Part shown: positions 1 through 10,011 of the stretch, piece after piece
Layout of the letters: each line of letters begins with the position of its first letter
Position numbering within the stretch: position 1 is the first letter of the stretch
Virus record (IMG/VR): IMGVR_UViG_3300035181_000357
Span: 62,001-126,000 of that record
Length of the DNA stretch: 64,000 nt
Reading direction: 5' to 3' (one strand)
Notes under the pieces: generated by a model
Databases searched by the model: none
What the model was told of the DNA's origin: nothing
What the model saw: the letters and a program-made list of their open reading frames with translations, nothing else
Translations under genes and position numbers: made by a program

Positions 1-342
1 CCACTGGCCGAATCCACCATTCTGAACCTGATAATGAAGCTTGGCGAGTGCAAACAACATCTTATGGGTATCGGAAGGAAGCTGCTTAAGCATCTCCTGC
101 ATACTTTTATCACCCATCTGTTGCCAGTTCTTGTGAATCTCGCTGAGGGCCTTCTGAAGATAATCTTCATAGAACCCTGCGAACTTCGCATGAGGATTTA
201 CAGCCTTAGACGATACAGGCTTCTCACGACCTTCTAGACCACGGTCTACAGAACCATCACTGGTTTCCTTTGCTTTCAGATGCTCGAAAGCTTCCGATGC
301 AACAACGGTCTTAAATATATCTGCGGATAGTTTGTGACGCAT
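1..342 (-). CDS. Partial ORF (runs off window) with DUF4375/DMP19-like motif
   Basis: Not in ORF track. ATG at 342 gives MRHKLSADIF...ALAKLHYQVQNGGFGQW; QVxNGGFxQ resembles the DUF4375 motif. Confidence 0.5.
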   Translation of the reverse strand, partial: MRHKLSADIFKTVVASEAFEHLKAKETSDGSVDRGLEGREKPVSSKAVNPHAKFAGFYEDYLQKALSEIHKNWQQMGDKSMQEMLKQLPSDTHKMLFALAKLHYQVQNGGFGQW

Positions 343-370
343 ATTATCAGTCCTTGAAGAAGTAAGAGAT

Positions 371-568
371 TTAGTCTAGGATTAGATCGTTTGGATCCCA
401 AGACTGTTTGTCATCAGAAGATAACACTTCATCTAATACACCTAGAAACTCTTCGTGATCCTTGAAAGCAACATCACTGTGACCTTTGTCAGTAGCAGCA
501 GTCTTTCCCTGTGCACTAGCATAGAGTCTGTTTAGAATAGTTGCATCTGGTTCTTGAATTTTAGCCAT
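371..568 (-). CDS. Small acidic hypothetical protein, probably virion-associated
   Basis: 65 aa, GGAG RBS, upstream ACTT promoter-like motif. Confidence 0.6.
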   Translation of the reverse strand: MAKIQEPDATILNRLYASAQGKTAATDKGHSDVAFKDHEEFLGVLDEVLSSDDKQSWDPNDLILD

Positions 569-634
569 GGTTATTTCTCCGAATAGTTATACCATCAATT
601 AAAGTTCTGGAAGTCTAAATTGTATTTATTATGA

Positions 635-1414
635 CTAATGCGACTTCACAGGAGTTGTTCGTTCTACGACCTTTTCTTCTACCTCTACGGGTTTCTTTAC
701 TACCTTCTTTTTCTTCTCTGGAACAGGTTTTTCTTCTACAGGCTCTTCCACTTCTTCCACTACTGGTATCTCTTCGATAGGCTCTTCTACAGGAGGGGGT
801 TGTTCTACTAATTTCTCTTTTACGACAGGCTTGTTAATCTCAACAATTTCGTCGTCATCATCCTCAATAGGTTTGATAGTCGGAACCGTGTCATCATAAC
901 GCTCTAACGTCTTCTCCACATTCTTATCCTTGAATTTCTCTAACAGCCTCTTTAGAAATGGATTTACTCTATCACTAACGATTTTGAGGTGTTTACAGAT
1001 TACGAACTGGAATCGTCTTGGATCAGTTGGAGCCTGATACTTATCTCGGGGAGTTCCTTCTAATGAGTCTCCTTGACCTAAGTTCCATTGTGCTCCCCAA
1101 TATAAGAAAGCTGGACAGCTACAACTGACTTTAACATCTAGATCTTTGATTGTAGATTTGTCAACAACCTGAGCCGTATCAAATCTGATTAATACAGTGT
1201 GGCCTCTGGGGTCAGAATCTTTCTCTTTGCATTTTACTTTGTATGTTAGTAGCATCTCATCAAGATCTACATTCTTAACAGACATATTACAGTTCTTAGC
1301 CTTAGCTACTGAGAAATCAGAAGTTAGTTGAACCAGATCTTTGATACTAAAAGCCACTTTATACCGGGATTGAGCTACCCAGTCACCGACTTTTGTTGTA
1401 ATCCAGACACTCAT
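635..1414 (-). CDS. SWIM-type zinc-finger protein with Glu/Pro/Lys-rich tail
   Basis: VSCSCPAF...ICKHL (CxC-xn-CxH). Confidence 0.7.
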   Translation of the reverse strand: MSVWITTKVGDWVAQSRYKVAFSIKDLVQLTSDFSVAKAKNCNMSVKNVDLDEMLLTYKVKCKEKDSDPRGHTVLIRFDTAQVVDKSTIKDLDVKVSCSCPAFLYWGAQWNLGQGDSLEGTPRDKYQAPTDPRRFQFVICKHLKIVSDRVNPFLKRLLEKFKDKNVEKTLERYDDTVPTIKPIEDDDDEIVEINKPVVKEKLVEQPPPVEEPIEEIPVVEEVEEPVEEKPVPEKKKKVVKKPVEVEEKVVERTTPVKSH

Positions 1415-1473
1415 CTAACCCACCTATTAAATCGGCCTTCATATAGAAGGCCGAAATCCCAAAGCTATCTGAA

Positions 1474-1884
1474 TTACTTCTTCTTTGGGCGACCACCACG
1501 TTTTACGACGGCTTCAGTCTTAGCTTCTTCAGTGGTTTCTGTTTCAACTTCTTCAGTATTTTCGCCAACTTCTTCAACTTCTTCAGTGGTTTCATCTTCA
1601 ACCTCAACGACAGGAACGACGGAATCCACAGCAGGAACGACGACGGTCTCTACAACAACCTCAGGAGTCTTTACAGGCTCTTTAGATGCGGTCTTTAACC
1701 AGCCCTTCTCTTCCATTGAATCAACTGCGACATTTCTAATTTGGAATTGGGTTAGAAGATTATCTTCTCTATATACCACTAGGCTTTCTGTATCGGCATT
1801 GTAGACACAAGTATCTCCAACCTTTGACTGATAGCTGTGGTCCGTGAATGCTACAGAATATGCGAACGTATAAGATTTCATCAT
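1474..1884 (-). CDS. Hypothetical protein, acidic C-terminus ending KRGGRPKKK
   Basis: ORF with GGAG RBS in head module. Confidence 0.6.
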   Translation of the reverse strand: MMKSYTFAYSVAFTDHSYQSKVGDTCVYNADTESLVVYREDNLLTQFQIRNVAVDSMEEKGWLKTASKEPVKTPEVVVETVVVPAVDSVVPVVEVEDETTEEVEEVGENTEEVETETTEEAKTEAVVKRGGRPKKK

Positions 1885-1944
1885 GGTTACTCCATTTATA
1901 TAATATAATACTCTACACTTATATGTACGTAAGTCATTTAATAT

Positions 1945-1970
1945 AAAAGGCTCTCCGAAGAGAGCCTTTT
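1945..1970 (-). terminator. Rho-independent terminator after major capsid gene
   Basis: AAAAGGCTCTC-TTCG-GAGAGCCTTTT on minus strand (cUUCGg loop). Confidence 0.9.
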
Positions 1971-1989
1971 AAGTTTGCTTAATCAGGGA

Positions 1990-2901
1990 TTAAGGACGAG
2001 TGATGACGCAACGGCTGACAGCTGAAGGGTTGAATACGAGGAATCCAAGGTTCTCGAATACAGCGAATCCAATCTGACGGAGGTCAGGACGATCAGCAGA
2101 CATAACGGTTAGAGGAATACGCTCAGGAATTACGCCGAGGAATTCTGCATCACCTAGGATGTATACTGTGCTTGCTGGTACTTTTCTGCTCTGTAGGATA
2201 GTGGCACCCCATACATAGCCCATAACACCAGTCTTTAGTAACTTACGCTCAGTCTCACGATCGACGGTTGCATCGGTCCACTTACGTAGATCGGTGTAAT
2301 CACGAGGATTCATGAATACGAAGGCGACACTAATGTCGTGGCGTTCTACAAGTCCATAAGCATCAGCTAACTTAGCTGGAGTAACGGCACCAGAGATGGC
2401 GACGTCAGGGTTGTAGATAGGATCAGTTTCCGTAGCACCTGCAGCAAGGGCAGCGGCAGCGATGGCATTGAAGAGACCGAAGACATAGTTATCTTCCTCG
2501 GCACCAACCTCAGCCTTAGCTAAGTTTAGTGAACGCTCTACGATGTCAAATCTACGCTCCTTGATCTGCGTGATAGGAATCATTGGGTTGCTGGTGATAT
2601 CGAAAGTAGGAACTGTTACTCTCTTAGGCTTGGTGACATTCATGATGTCTCCGCCTTCTTCACCGACTACGAAGGCCTGCACGAAGGAGCGACCAGTTTC
2701 GTCGAATTCCTTGTCGTAGATTGGTAGAGCACCTTCAGGAAGGGTCTCGACCATTAGAGCCTTACGAGCGATGCTCATGTAGTCTCTACGTCTACGGAGT
2801 GAAGGTCCTAGGGCTGCTGCTAGCTTCTGACGTCCACCAGGGGACTTAAGAAGAAGACCTAGCTGAGCCATCTGCTGTTGAGTGCGTGATAGTGTTCTCA
2901 T
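1990..2901 (-). CDS. Major capsid protein (HK97-fold type)
   Basis: 303 aa, highly expressed codon bias, GGAG(A)GG RBS, last in protease-scaffold-decoration-capsid order; motifs LPEGALPIYD, FMNPRDYTDLRKW, GYVWGATILQS. Confidence 0.8.
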   Translation of the reverse strand: MRTLSRTQQQMAQLGLLLKSPGGRQKLAAALGPSLRRRRDYMSIARKALMVETLPEGALPIYDKEFDETGRSFVQAFVVGEEGGDIMNVTKPKRVTVPTFDITSNPMIPITQIKERRFDIVERSLNLAKAEVGAEEDNYVFGLFNAIAAAALAAGATETDPIYNPDVAISGAVTPAKLADAYGLVERHDISVAFVFMNPRDYTDLRKWTDATVDRETERKLLKTGVMGYVWGATILQSRKVPASTVYILGDAEFLGVIPERIPLTVMSADRPDLRQIGFAVFENLGFLVFNPSAVSRCVITRP

Positions 2902-2913
2902 CTTGACCTCTCC

Positions 2914-3423
2914 TTAGAATAGCATAGCGACACCAAGCCAAGGCTCAGTACCGGTAGGAATGTGAGTGCAGATACCTGCGTTAAGAGCACCTACAGCCTT
3001 GTCGGTGGTCCAAGTGCCAGGAGCAGCAGTTGTTCCATCGCCAGCGTAAAGTAGAGCACCTACGGTATAAGCAACGGTTGGGGTAGTTTCATAAACGAGG
3101 TTGTTGGTACCCTCATTAGAAACCTTTATTTTAGCAAAAGCACGTACGACTGGGGTCTTCTTGGATCCAGAGGGTCCGATTGACTCAGCATAGTTACCAG
3201 CACCATTGATCAGAACACCGTAAGGGGTCTGGTTGGCACCGTTGCATGGTACTACTACAACACCACGACCAGCGGTCATTGAGGTGTAGAGAGCCATGAT
3301 CTTACCACCGTAGTAGCCAGCGGCCTTGAGGACGCCTTGATCTACAGCAGGATCACCAGTTAAGAGGACGTCTGGGGAGACAGTACCATCATTCTGGCCA
3401 TAGTATTCGAATTCCATTGACAT
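2914..3423 (-). CDS. Capsid decoration/cement protein
   Basis: 169 aa Gly/Thr-rich beta protein directly upstream of the capsid gene in the same operon. Confidence 0.6.
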   Translation of the reverse strand: MSMEFEYYGQNDGTVSPDVLLTGDPAVDQGVLKAAGYYGGKIMALYTSMTAGRGVVVVPCNGANQTPYGVLINGAGNYAESIGPSGSKKTPVVRAFAKIKVSNEGTNNLVYETTPTVAYTVGALLYAGDGTTAAPGTWTTDKAVGALNAGICTHIPTGTEPWLGVAMLF

Positions 3424-3580
3424 GGAAAACTCCTTTTATATTTTGATGGGTCCGAACAGCCGAGATGGCGAGTTCTACATAGACTCATCGATTCATAATT
3501 AGAACATGAAGTAATTTTTATATTATTTTTACGTAAACGCATTGTTACTAGTTCTACGAAAATGATAAAGCCTGTATAGT

Positions 3581-3605
3581 AAAAAGGGGACCGAAGTCCC
3601 CTTTT
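3581..3605 (-). terminator. Rho-independent terminator after scaffold gene
   Basis: AAAAGGGGAC-TTCG-GTCCCCTTTTT. Confidence 0.9.
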
Positions 3606-3625
3606 CATGGTAAAAACATTATCGA

Positions 3626-4876
3626 TTATTCATCACCAAACAGTGCTTTAGCGATCGATTCAGCTTCAGAAGCGATCTTAGCCTTAGGAGCTACATCGCC
3701 TAGCGACTTAACAGGCTTTCCGCCCTTAGCACGTACTACAGTCTTAGGCTGAAGGCTAGCGGCCTTGGCAGTCTTAGGTGCCTCGAACTCAGGCTGTGTG
3801 TCGCGTTCCTGAACCATTACCTTCTCATCAAGGCCATTCAATAACTCGTGTAGGATACTGTCCTCGTGGTCGGTATCGAAATCACGATCTTCAGCAAAGT
3901 CAGCTTCAAATTCTTTAGCAGCCTCGCCTGGTTTGATGACATCAGATGCGCGACGCATTAGGCCACCGATTTGGTCTTCCTCGTTATCTTCAGCACTGGC
4001 AAAGAAAGTGGCAGCATCAGAAACAGAAGCTATTTCAGCATCAGCATCGGTATCAAGAGAAGCTTCCATGGTTTCTACAGAAGATGGACCAAAGAATCCA
4101 TGCTCATCCTGCTCAGCTTCGTCGGCTTCTAGGTTGGGGATTAATTCAGAATCGTCGTCCCAATCCACATCGATATTGAACTGCTCGTCGTGAACATCTT
4201 CCTCATGAGCGAGATTCATTCTCTTCTCACCAGCGACTTCATCATTAAAGGCAGCATTGATGTTTAGTTCAGCTTCCTGAGTATTCATGATTTCTCTTTC
4301 GAGCTCAGAAATAGCAGTTTCGGCCTGGTCAATCTTGTTGTGGAGTTCAACCTTGCTCTCAGCAGGAATTACAGGCTCAGAGGAGGGCATATCAGCTGGT
4401 GCAGGGGGTAGATCAGATCCACCGTCCATATCTTTTACTGGAACTTCGTCAACTGGAGCATCCTCAGCAGGAGCATCTTCGGCTGGAACGTCGTCAGCCT
4501 TCTTCTTCTTTGCCTTGGCGACCTTGGATGGATCCTCAGTCTTTAGCTCTTTAGCCACCTCTTTGTCTAACTTGGAGAGTAAAGACTCATCTTCCATTAG
4601 ATCGTTTAGAGAAATCTTATGGACATCCTCTAACTTCTCAGCCAACTTAGTATAGTTAGCGCTGATAGCCGTTTGTTTGAGGGCAGCGGTCAAGATCCTA
4701 GTCCCGGCTGTCATCAATGAGCTAGCCAACTTCTCCTGAGCTTCAGCTGGAGCACCAGGTAGCATAGTCTTGGCGATGGTCCAGGCTGCAGCTACCTTCT
4801 GTTGGGCAGATTTTCTGGCTTTTCCAGACTTCTTTTCCTGCAAACGGGCTGCAATTCTATTTCTTAGGTTTGACAT
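3626..4876 (-). CDS. Probable capsid scaffolding/core protein
   Basis: Acidic, coiled-coil, low complexity, between protease and capsid genes. Confidence 0.6.
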   Translation of the reverse strand: MSNLRNRIAARLQEKKSGKARKSAQQKVAAAWTIAKTMLPGAPAEAQEKLASSLMTAGTRILTAALKQTAISANYTKLAEKLEDVHKISLNDLMEDESLLSKLDKEVAKELKTEDPSKVAKAKKKKADDVPAEDAPAEDAPVDEVPVKDMDGGSDLPPAPADMPSSEPVIPAESKVELHNKIDQAETAISELEREIMNTQEAELNINAAFNDEVAGEKRMNLAHEEDVHDEQFNIDVDWDDDSELIPNLEADEAEQDEHGFFGPSSVETMEASLDTDADAEIASVSDAATFFASAEDNEEDQIGGLMRRASDVIKPGEAAKEFEADFAEDRDFDTDHEDSILHELLNGLDEKVMVQERDTQPEFEAPKTAKAASLQPKTVVRAKGGKPVKSLGDVAPKAKIASEAESIAKALFGDE

Positions 4877-4949
4877 ATCTTTGTTCCTTTCAGAGTCCCT
4901 GTGGATTTTGAACCTTATTACTAATGAATGGTTAAGTCAGAATTTATAT

Positions 4950-5858
4950 TTATTTGAACATAGAGTTCAAAGCAGCGACATCTTTATTAGTCACCATATT
5001 ATCGTTAGAAAGTCTATTATTTATTTCTTTACCAGATGCAGCTTTAGCGATCTTATCGCTTAAGTCCTTAGCAGACTTAGGATTTACAGATGGACCGGAC
5101 CATTCATTTGCGATAATGCCTCTGTTAACAGCTCCAGGGAATGCTGGAGTTTCGACCCAGGAGGCTTCAATGAATGTTACACCACCATTTGGTAGTGATT
5201 TGTGTCCACATAGTTCAGCTACGCGTCTAGCGATACCATCGTCATCTGGTAGAAATTGACCCTTATGCCTAGATAGGTGATAACAATTTGTATCACCTTC
5301 TTTAACTTGATGTCCACAATATGAACAGATTACGACATCTGTAACACAACCCATAGACATGTATCTCACGTCACCAGTTCTGATCTCAGATACTAGGTCT
5401 TCATGCTCTAAAGCAGTAGCAACCAGCAGATCACAGAAATAAACCCAGGTTTCTGGACCAGCAATCTGAATCTTTCTCAGGATAGAATCAACAATAGTTC
5501 CTTTTGATTCTTTTGTATTCTGATAATGCTCTAAGAAATTAAATGAGCCTACGAACGATCTGTGACTTAATCTCAGTACTTCATTCTCCCAGGCATCATC
5601 ATTGTTATTTACAAGGTGAGATGTTTCAGGTTTGATGTACCAATCGTATGGGTCGGATTCTGTCATTACAGAAGCCATAATAGTGCAGTGTGATAAAAGA
5701 TACTTCTTCTCGTTAGGGAGACCAGCAGTCTTCATCATCGATGTTCTTATTCTATCACCATGTAGATTCTGCCAATCTCTCAGAGAGAAGATAGGATCAG
5801 CTACTTTTGCTGCAGATGACTTTTTAATTTTACCCTTGTATAGATCCATGATATCCAT
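4950..5858 (-). CDS. Prohead maturation protease with Cys/His-rich insertion
   Basis: FLEH, YMSMGC, CSYCG...CYH, FIEASWVETPAFPGA resemble HK97-type protease His/Ser and E-x-S-x-V-x-x-P-A motifs; head-module position. Confidence 0.7.
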   Translation of the reverse strand: MDIMDLYKGKIKKSSAAKVADPIFSLRDWQNLHGDRIRTSMMKTAGLPNEKKYLLSHCTIMASVMTESDPYDWYIKPETSHLVNNNDDAWENEVLRLSHRSFVGSFNFLEHYQNTKESKGTIVDSILRKIQIAGPETWVYFCDLLVATALEHEDLVSEIRTGDVRYMSMGCVTDVVICSYCGHQVKEGDTNCYHLSRHKGQFLPDDDGIARRVAELCGHKSLPNGGVTFIEASWVETPAFPGAVNRGIIANEWSGPSVNPKSAKDLSDKIAKAASGKEINNRLSNDNMVTNKDVAALNSMFK

Positions 5859-6718
5859 TATTTCCTTCCCATGAACATAGGTAATCTCTTAGAAGATTCC
5901 TTCTTAGTATCTGGGTCATATCTAATTTCATCTTTAATATCCTGATCCATATGGGTCTTCAGATCTTCCCTAGGAGGAAGTAGATCAGGACGTTTGTGTT
6001 GTTGAATCTCAGCAGATTTTAATTTTCTAGCGAAAGCATCAATGTCGGGAGCGTATTCATATTTAACACGAACTTCTCCACCAACCATCACCCAAAATGG
6101 GCCATCTTTCTTGTATTCGATGTCATAGTCATAATCACTGTCTTTAATTCTCTTTCTGAAATTAATTCTGGAACCCCCACCAATGGCTCGTGCATAACCA
6201 TTCTTTATGGCGACTGCACATAGCTCTTTTAGAGTGCCTTCAAACTTCTTAGGCATAGTAGCGAAAGCAGCTGTAGTAGGAGGATCTGGCATTACATGAT
6301 TCTCTTCTAATCCTCTTGAGAAGAATGGACTATCATTCCTATCGAAGTCCTTACGAGGTTCGTAAGTAGGTTTTCCGAGTTCTTCATTTACTGCATCGAG
6401 AGCTCTCTTCTGTTTAAGATGAGTGGCGAGGGCCATCTTGGCTCTCTTATTCTTCCAGAAACTGGAATAAGCACTTGTTTTAGGTTTAGATGCTTCTGCA
6501 TCTTTAACCCTCATCAGAGTTGCTTCATCATGTAGTTTCTTCATAATATTATAAATCTTATTCTCAAAGTCAACAAACATCTTTGTTAACTTGGGATCAT
6601 CAGCTGGAATCTCTGACATGACTTCTTTTCGGAGTCCCTCGATGAATGGCTGAAGGTGTTGTAGGGACAGGTCCCTAGCTTTATCCATGAAATTCTTCTT
6701 GGCTAGTTTGCTTCTCAT
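5858..6718 (-). CDS. Hypothetical head-module protein
   Basis: 286 aa ORF coupled (TAATG) to protease gene. Confidence 0.6.
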   Translation of the reverse strand: MRSKLAKKNFMDKARDLSLQHLQPFIEGLRKEVMSEIPADDPKLTKMFVDFENKIYNIMKKLHDEATLMRVKDAEASKPKTSAYSSFWKNKRAKMALATHLKQKRALDAVNEELGKPTYEPRKDFDRNDSPFFSRGLEENHVMPDPPTTAAFATMPKKFEGTLKELCAVAIKNGYARAIGGGSRINFRKRIKDSDYDYDIEYKKDGPFWVMVGGEVRVKYEYAPDIDAFARKLKSAEIQQHKRPDLLPPREDLKTHMDQDIKDEIRYDPDTKKESSKRLPMFMGRK

Positions 6719-6769
6719 AAATACCTATGTCATTACCTTAAGTGAATAGAAGTTAACACATGGATAGAA

Positions 6770-7156
6770 TTATACAGCGACATTCTTCTTTCTTCTAGAT
6801 TTAGCTCTAGCAGCAATCTTGGAGAAATCCTCAGGATGTGCTAGCGCATCCATTGCATCCATCTCAACAGTAGGATTATACATTGTATAACTACCACCAT
6901 GTCCAATAGCTAAATGGCACTCATTTTTACTCATATATAAAGTAATTAGATTTCTAACATCTAGCTCGAGTGCAGGAGCTATATTAAATGGAACCATATG
7001 ATGTACTTGCAGAAGAGTTGTAGATCCACAAACTGAACAACTAGAATGAGTCTTTAAGAATTTCTTTCTGACTCCATCCCATTTTGGTGATCTAGATATT
7101 TTCTTTATAGTTTCGCGAACTAGTGATTGTACTACGTTTAAGATGTGGGTTATCAT
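6770..7156 (-). CDS. HNH endonuclease
   Basis: CSVCG...LQVHHMVPF...NLITL...CHLAIGH. Confidence 0.85.
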   Translation of the reverse strand: MITHILNVVQSLVRETIKKISRSPKWDGVRKKFLKTHSSCSVCGSTTLLQVHHMVPFNIAPALELDVRNLITLYMSKNECHLAIGHGGSYTMYNPTVEMDAMDALAHPEDFSKIAARAKSRRKKNVAV

Positions 7157-7193
7157 TTGGTTATTCTATCCTCATTATATGTTTAAAAGTAAT

Positions 7194-7216
7194 AAAATAG
7201 CCTCCGAAGAGGCTAT
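7194..7216 (-). terminator. Terminator after tail tube gene
   Basis: ATAGCCTC-TTCG-GAGGCTAT followed by T-tract. Confidence 0.85.
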
Positions 7217-7235
7217 CTTTGAGGAGCTTGATTTA

Positions 7236-7910
7236 TTATACTTCGTTTGAGTATCTAATTGAACGACCAGTGACATCACTCTTGTTCAATCCAGAATCGA
7301 TGAATTCACCATAGACTGAACCAGCGATGTCGAATACATCAGATACGATAATTGTGCAATTCTCAGTTACTGCAGCCTGTTCGACCTGATACCCAGTAGA
7401 ATAATCGGTCATCCAGCAACCTTCATAAACAGTTACGATAGCATACAATCCAGGATTTCCTAGGTTGTTTAATCCACCCTCATTGTTAGTGACAATGGCA
7501 GGAGTTGCCTGATCTCTGTTGGTTGATTCAGATGCTAATTCAGAGAATACGATCTCAGTCTTGATATCAAATGGCCACTTGTGGTGCTTCAGAGAACGGA
7601 CGAGCCCACTAACACCAGCTTTGTAACCAAACTGCTGCATCAAGTTCTGAAGATACAGAGCAGTTCTATCAACAGTTAATGACATTGGATTCGTGACACC
7701 TGGAACTAGTTCAGCAACCTGATCACCGAAGCCTAGACCTCTAATGGTCTCAACGTTCCTGGATTCAGAAAGCTGGAAGCTACTGGTTACACCAATACGA
7801 GAGAATTTACCAACCCCAGCAGCATGACTGTACATTTTAAATCTTGTACTGACTACAGTCCTTGTCTGGGCACTGGCTCCTTGTCTATATAGATAGTTAT
7901 TTCCGGACAT
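7236..7910 (-). CDS. Tail tube protein
   Basis: SESRNVETIRGLGFGDQVAELVPG, LTVDRTALY, PFDIK, TVYEGCW typical of myophage tube proteins; downstream of sheath. Confidence 0.7.
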   Translation of the reverse strand: MSGNNYLYRQGASAQTRTVVSTRFKMYSHAAGVGKFSRIGVTSSFQLSESRNVETIRGLGFGDQVAELVPGVTNPMSLTVDRTALYLQNLMQQFGYKAGVSGLVRSLKHHKWPFDIKTEIVFSELASESTNRDQATPAIVTNNEGGLNNLGNPGLYAIVTVYEGCWMTDYSTGYQVEQAAVTENCTIIVSDVFDIAGSVYGEFIDSGLNKSDVTGRSIRYSNEV

Positions 7911-7968
7911 ATTTGTTACTCCTCACTAATAGCATTTACAAAATCATTGTTATAAAATGGATAGTTCA

Positions 7969-9999
7969 TTATTTCAACAACTGAGTTATTGGGGAACTCA
8001 GAACGAGTAGTGCTTCTACACCCAAGCAATTACTGATTGCTAACTGGGCTACCTGTGGGCTATAATTTGCAGCTAACAACGCAGCTTGTAGGTCTCCAAC
8101 GGTTCCTTCTTCCATCTTATCGACAGCAGAGAGGATGAATTCTTCAGCATTCTCTACGGTATCACCGTGAGATTCTGCAGTTGGGGCATCAGTCACAGCT
8201 TTGATCTCAACCGTTGAAGCATACTTGCTAGCTTCAAGCATTAGCTTGGTTGAATCTAAAGATGCATAGACAGCGTCATGCTCAGCATAGAAGGACTCAG
8301 TTCCTTGACCAGTAGTATCTACATTAGCAGCAGTATTACTGTCGGCAACATCAGCGTGATCATGAGTTCCATCACAGTCTTCACAGTCACCAGAGCATGC
8401 ATGCTTTGAACCAAACTTGCTTGACTCAAATTCATTGATCTTAATGAGGGCATCAACTAACAGATCTTTCACAGAGGATAGTTCTGGATAATTGGTGTAA
8501 TCTTCAGGAAGAGCAGTTGCCAGGCCATCGATTTCTTCTGGGGCCATAACTTCGACAACATGTTCAAACCCACCGTCTTCCATAGCAGCGTTAAATCTGC
8601 TAAAACTTCCTTTAATCCCCATACTCTTTAACACATCTTTATCAGCTTGATCGAATTGGAGATTGTCTTGTACAGCAGGTTCTGATACTCCGTTCTCATC
8701 GTACCCGCCTGCTGAGAAATAATTTTGAACTCCCCGTACTGCCATATCTCTGACATGAGTTCTTTCATCAGAGCCTTCTTCGAAATTGGATTCGGGAAAT
8801 AGCTCATCGATATACTTGTCTACAATAGCTTTTAATAACCTAGGATTCCAATTCCTTACTTCACTTAGTTTATGATCAATGAAGATAAAGTGTACGATAT
8901 CATGAGCATAGTCGTTGAGATCATCCATAGCAGCTTCTTTAGTAGCGACAACTTCTACTTCTTTAACACTACTCTCTCTGATCTTAGAGACATTCTCAGA
9001 TATCTGCTTAGTTCCAGTCTGAGCTAGCTTTAAAGCCTTATGTAGAACCTCATCCATCTGGAAATAGAGATCTTTTATTCCTTGCATCTCTTGTTGAGTT
9101 CCGAGTTTCTTCATAACGTCGCGAACTCTACCTAGGATCAAGGAACTAATGACATCTTCAATTTCCTTAGAGAAGGCCACTACTTGAGGAGCAGCAACTC
9201 TCATACTCTTACGCTTAGCTTTTTTCTTACCTTGGATTCCCATACCCCTTAACATCTCTTTATCAGAATCGTTAAAGACTACTTTTTCTTGTTCTTTAAC
9301 CCAATCAGGTTGCATATTGGGTAGATACGCAATGAAGTATCCTTCTGCTGGTTCCATACCGTAGTAGGCTCCAGCATCAGACTTTAATACAACCGTCCCA
9401 GATCCCGGATCAGTGAATACCTTTTCGACTAATTCACCGTCATTGATTAGATCAGGAGTTAATTCTATTAAGGGATCACCAACATTGAACTCTTCAGTAT
9501 CCAGATCAGCGGTCTTCTTACCTAGACCACGATTAGACATCTCGAGTTCACATGCTTTGATTTCTTCATACGCAGAATTATCACCCTTTTCAATCGCTTC
9601 TTCGGCAGCAGCATAACATTCAAATAACTCATCATCGGACAAGAGTGACATATCGTCTGACCCATATTTCTGAAGATCTTCCTCACCTTGATCAAAGGCA
9701 GAAGATGGATCATCCTGTGAATCCAGACCCAGGGAACTCTGTTTGAAGATCTTTTCGATACCTTGAGTCAGGGCATTGTCATTCAACATACCCTTTAACC
9801 ACTGTTCAACTTGCCCAGTCACGAGACTCCCTTTAGAACTACCACCAGCAGGAGTTTTAGCCAGCTCTTGTTGTAGTTTAGGGGCACCACCAGCAGATAG
9901 AGCATTTTCTAATTTGCTCTTATTCTGTCTCAGGTATGTTATAAGGTTCTTAATGGTTTCATCAGCGAAACCAGCTTCTTTGACACCGTTGATATCCAT
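7969..9999 (-). CDS. Large acidic modular virion (head-internal?) protein
   Basis: 676 aa; internal repeat F(N/D)xxDKxxLxxMGIxG twice. Confidence 0.55.
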   Translation of the reverse strand: MDINGVKEAGFADETIKNLITYLRQNKSKLENALSAGGAPKLQQELAKTPAGGSSKGSLVTGQVEQWLKGMLNDNALTQGIEKIFKQSSLGLDSQDDPSSAFDQGEEDLQKYGSDDMSLLSDDELFECYAAAEEAIEKGDNSAYEEIKACELEMSNRGLGKKTADLDTEEFNVGDPLIELTPDLINDGELVEKVFTDPGSGTVVLKSDAGAYYGMEPAEGYFIAYLPNMQPDWVKEQEKVVFNDSDKEMLRGMGIQGKKKAKRKSMRVAAPQVVAFSKEIEDVISSLILGRVRDVMKKLGTQQEMQGIKDLYFQMDEVLHKALKLAQTGTKQISENVSKIRESSVKEVEVVATKEAAMDDLNDYAHDIVHFIFIDHKLSEVRNWNPRLLKAIVDKYIDELFPESNFEEGSDERTHVRDMAVRGVQNYFSAGGYDENGVSEPAVQDNLQFDQADKDVLKSMGIKGSFSRFNAAMEDGGFEHVVEVMAPEEIDGLATALPEDYTNYPELSSVKDLLVDALIKINEFESSKFGSKHACSGDCEDCDGTHDHADVADSNTAANVDTTGQGTESFYAEHDAVYASLDSTKLMLEASKYASTVEIKAVTDAPTAESHGDTVENAEEFILSAVDKMEEGTVGDLQAALLAANYSPQVAQLAISNCLGVEALLVLSSPITQLLK

Positions 10000-10011
10000 C
10001 TAAATATCCTC

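Noticed and set aside
1990-2901. Encapsulin or bacterial contractile injection system rather than phage
   Set aside because: Protease, scaffold, tail, helicases, gyrase and RNR together indicate a phage genome
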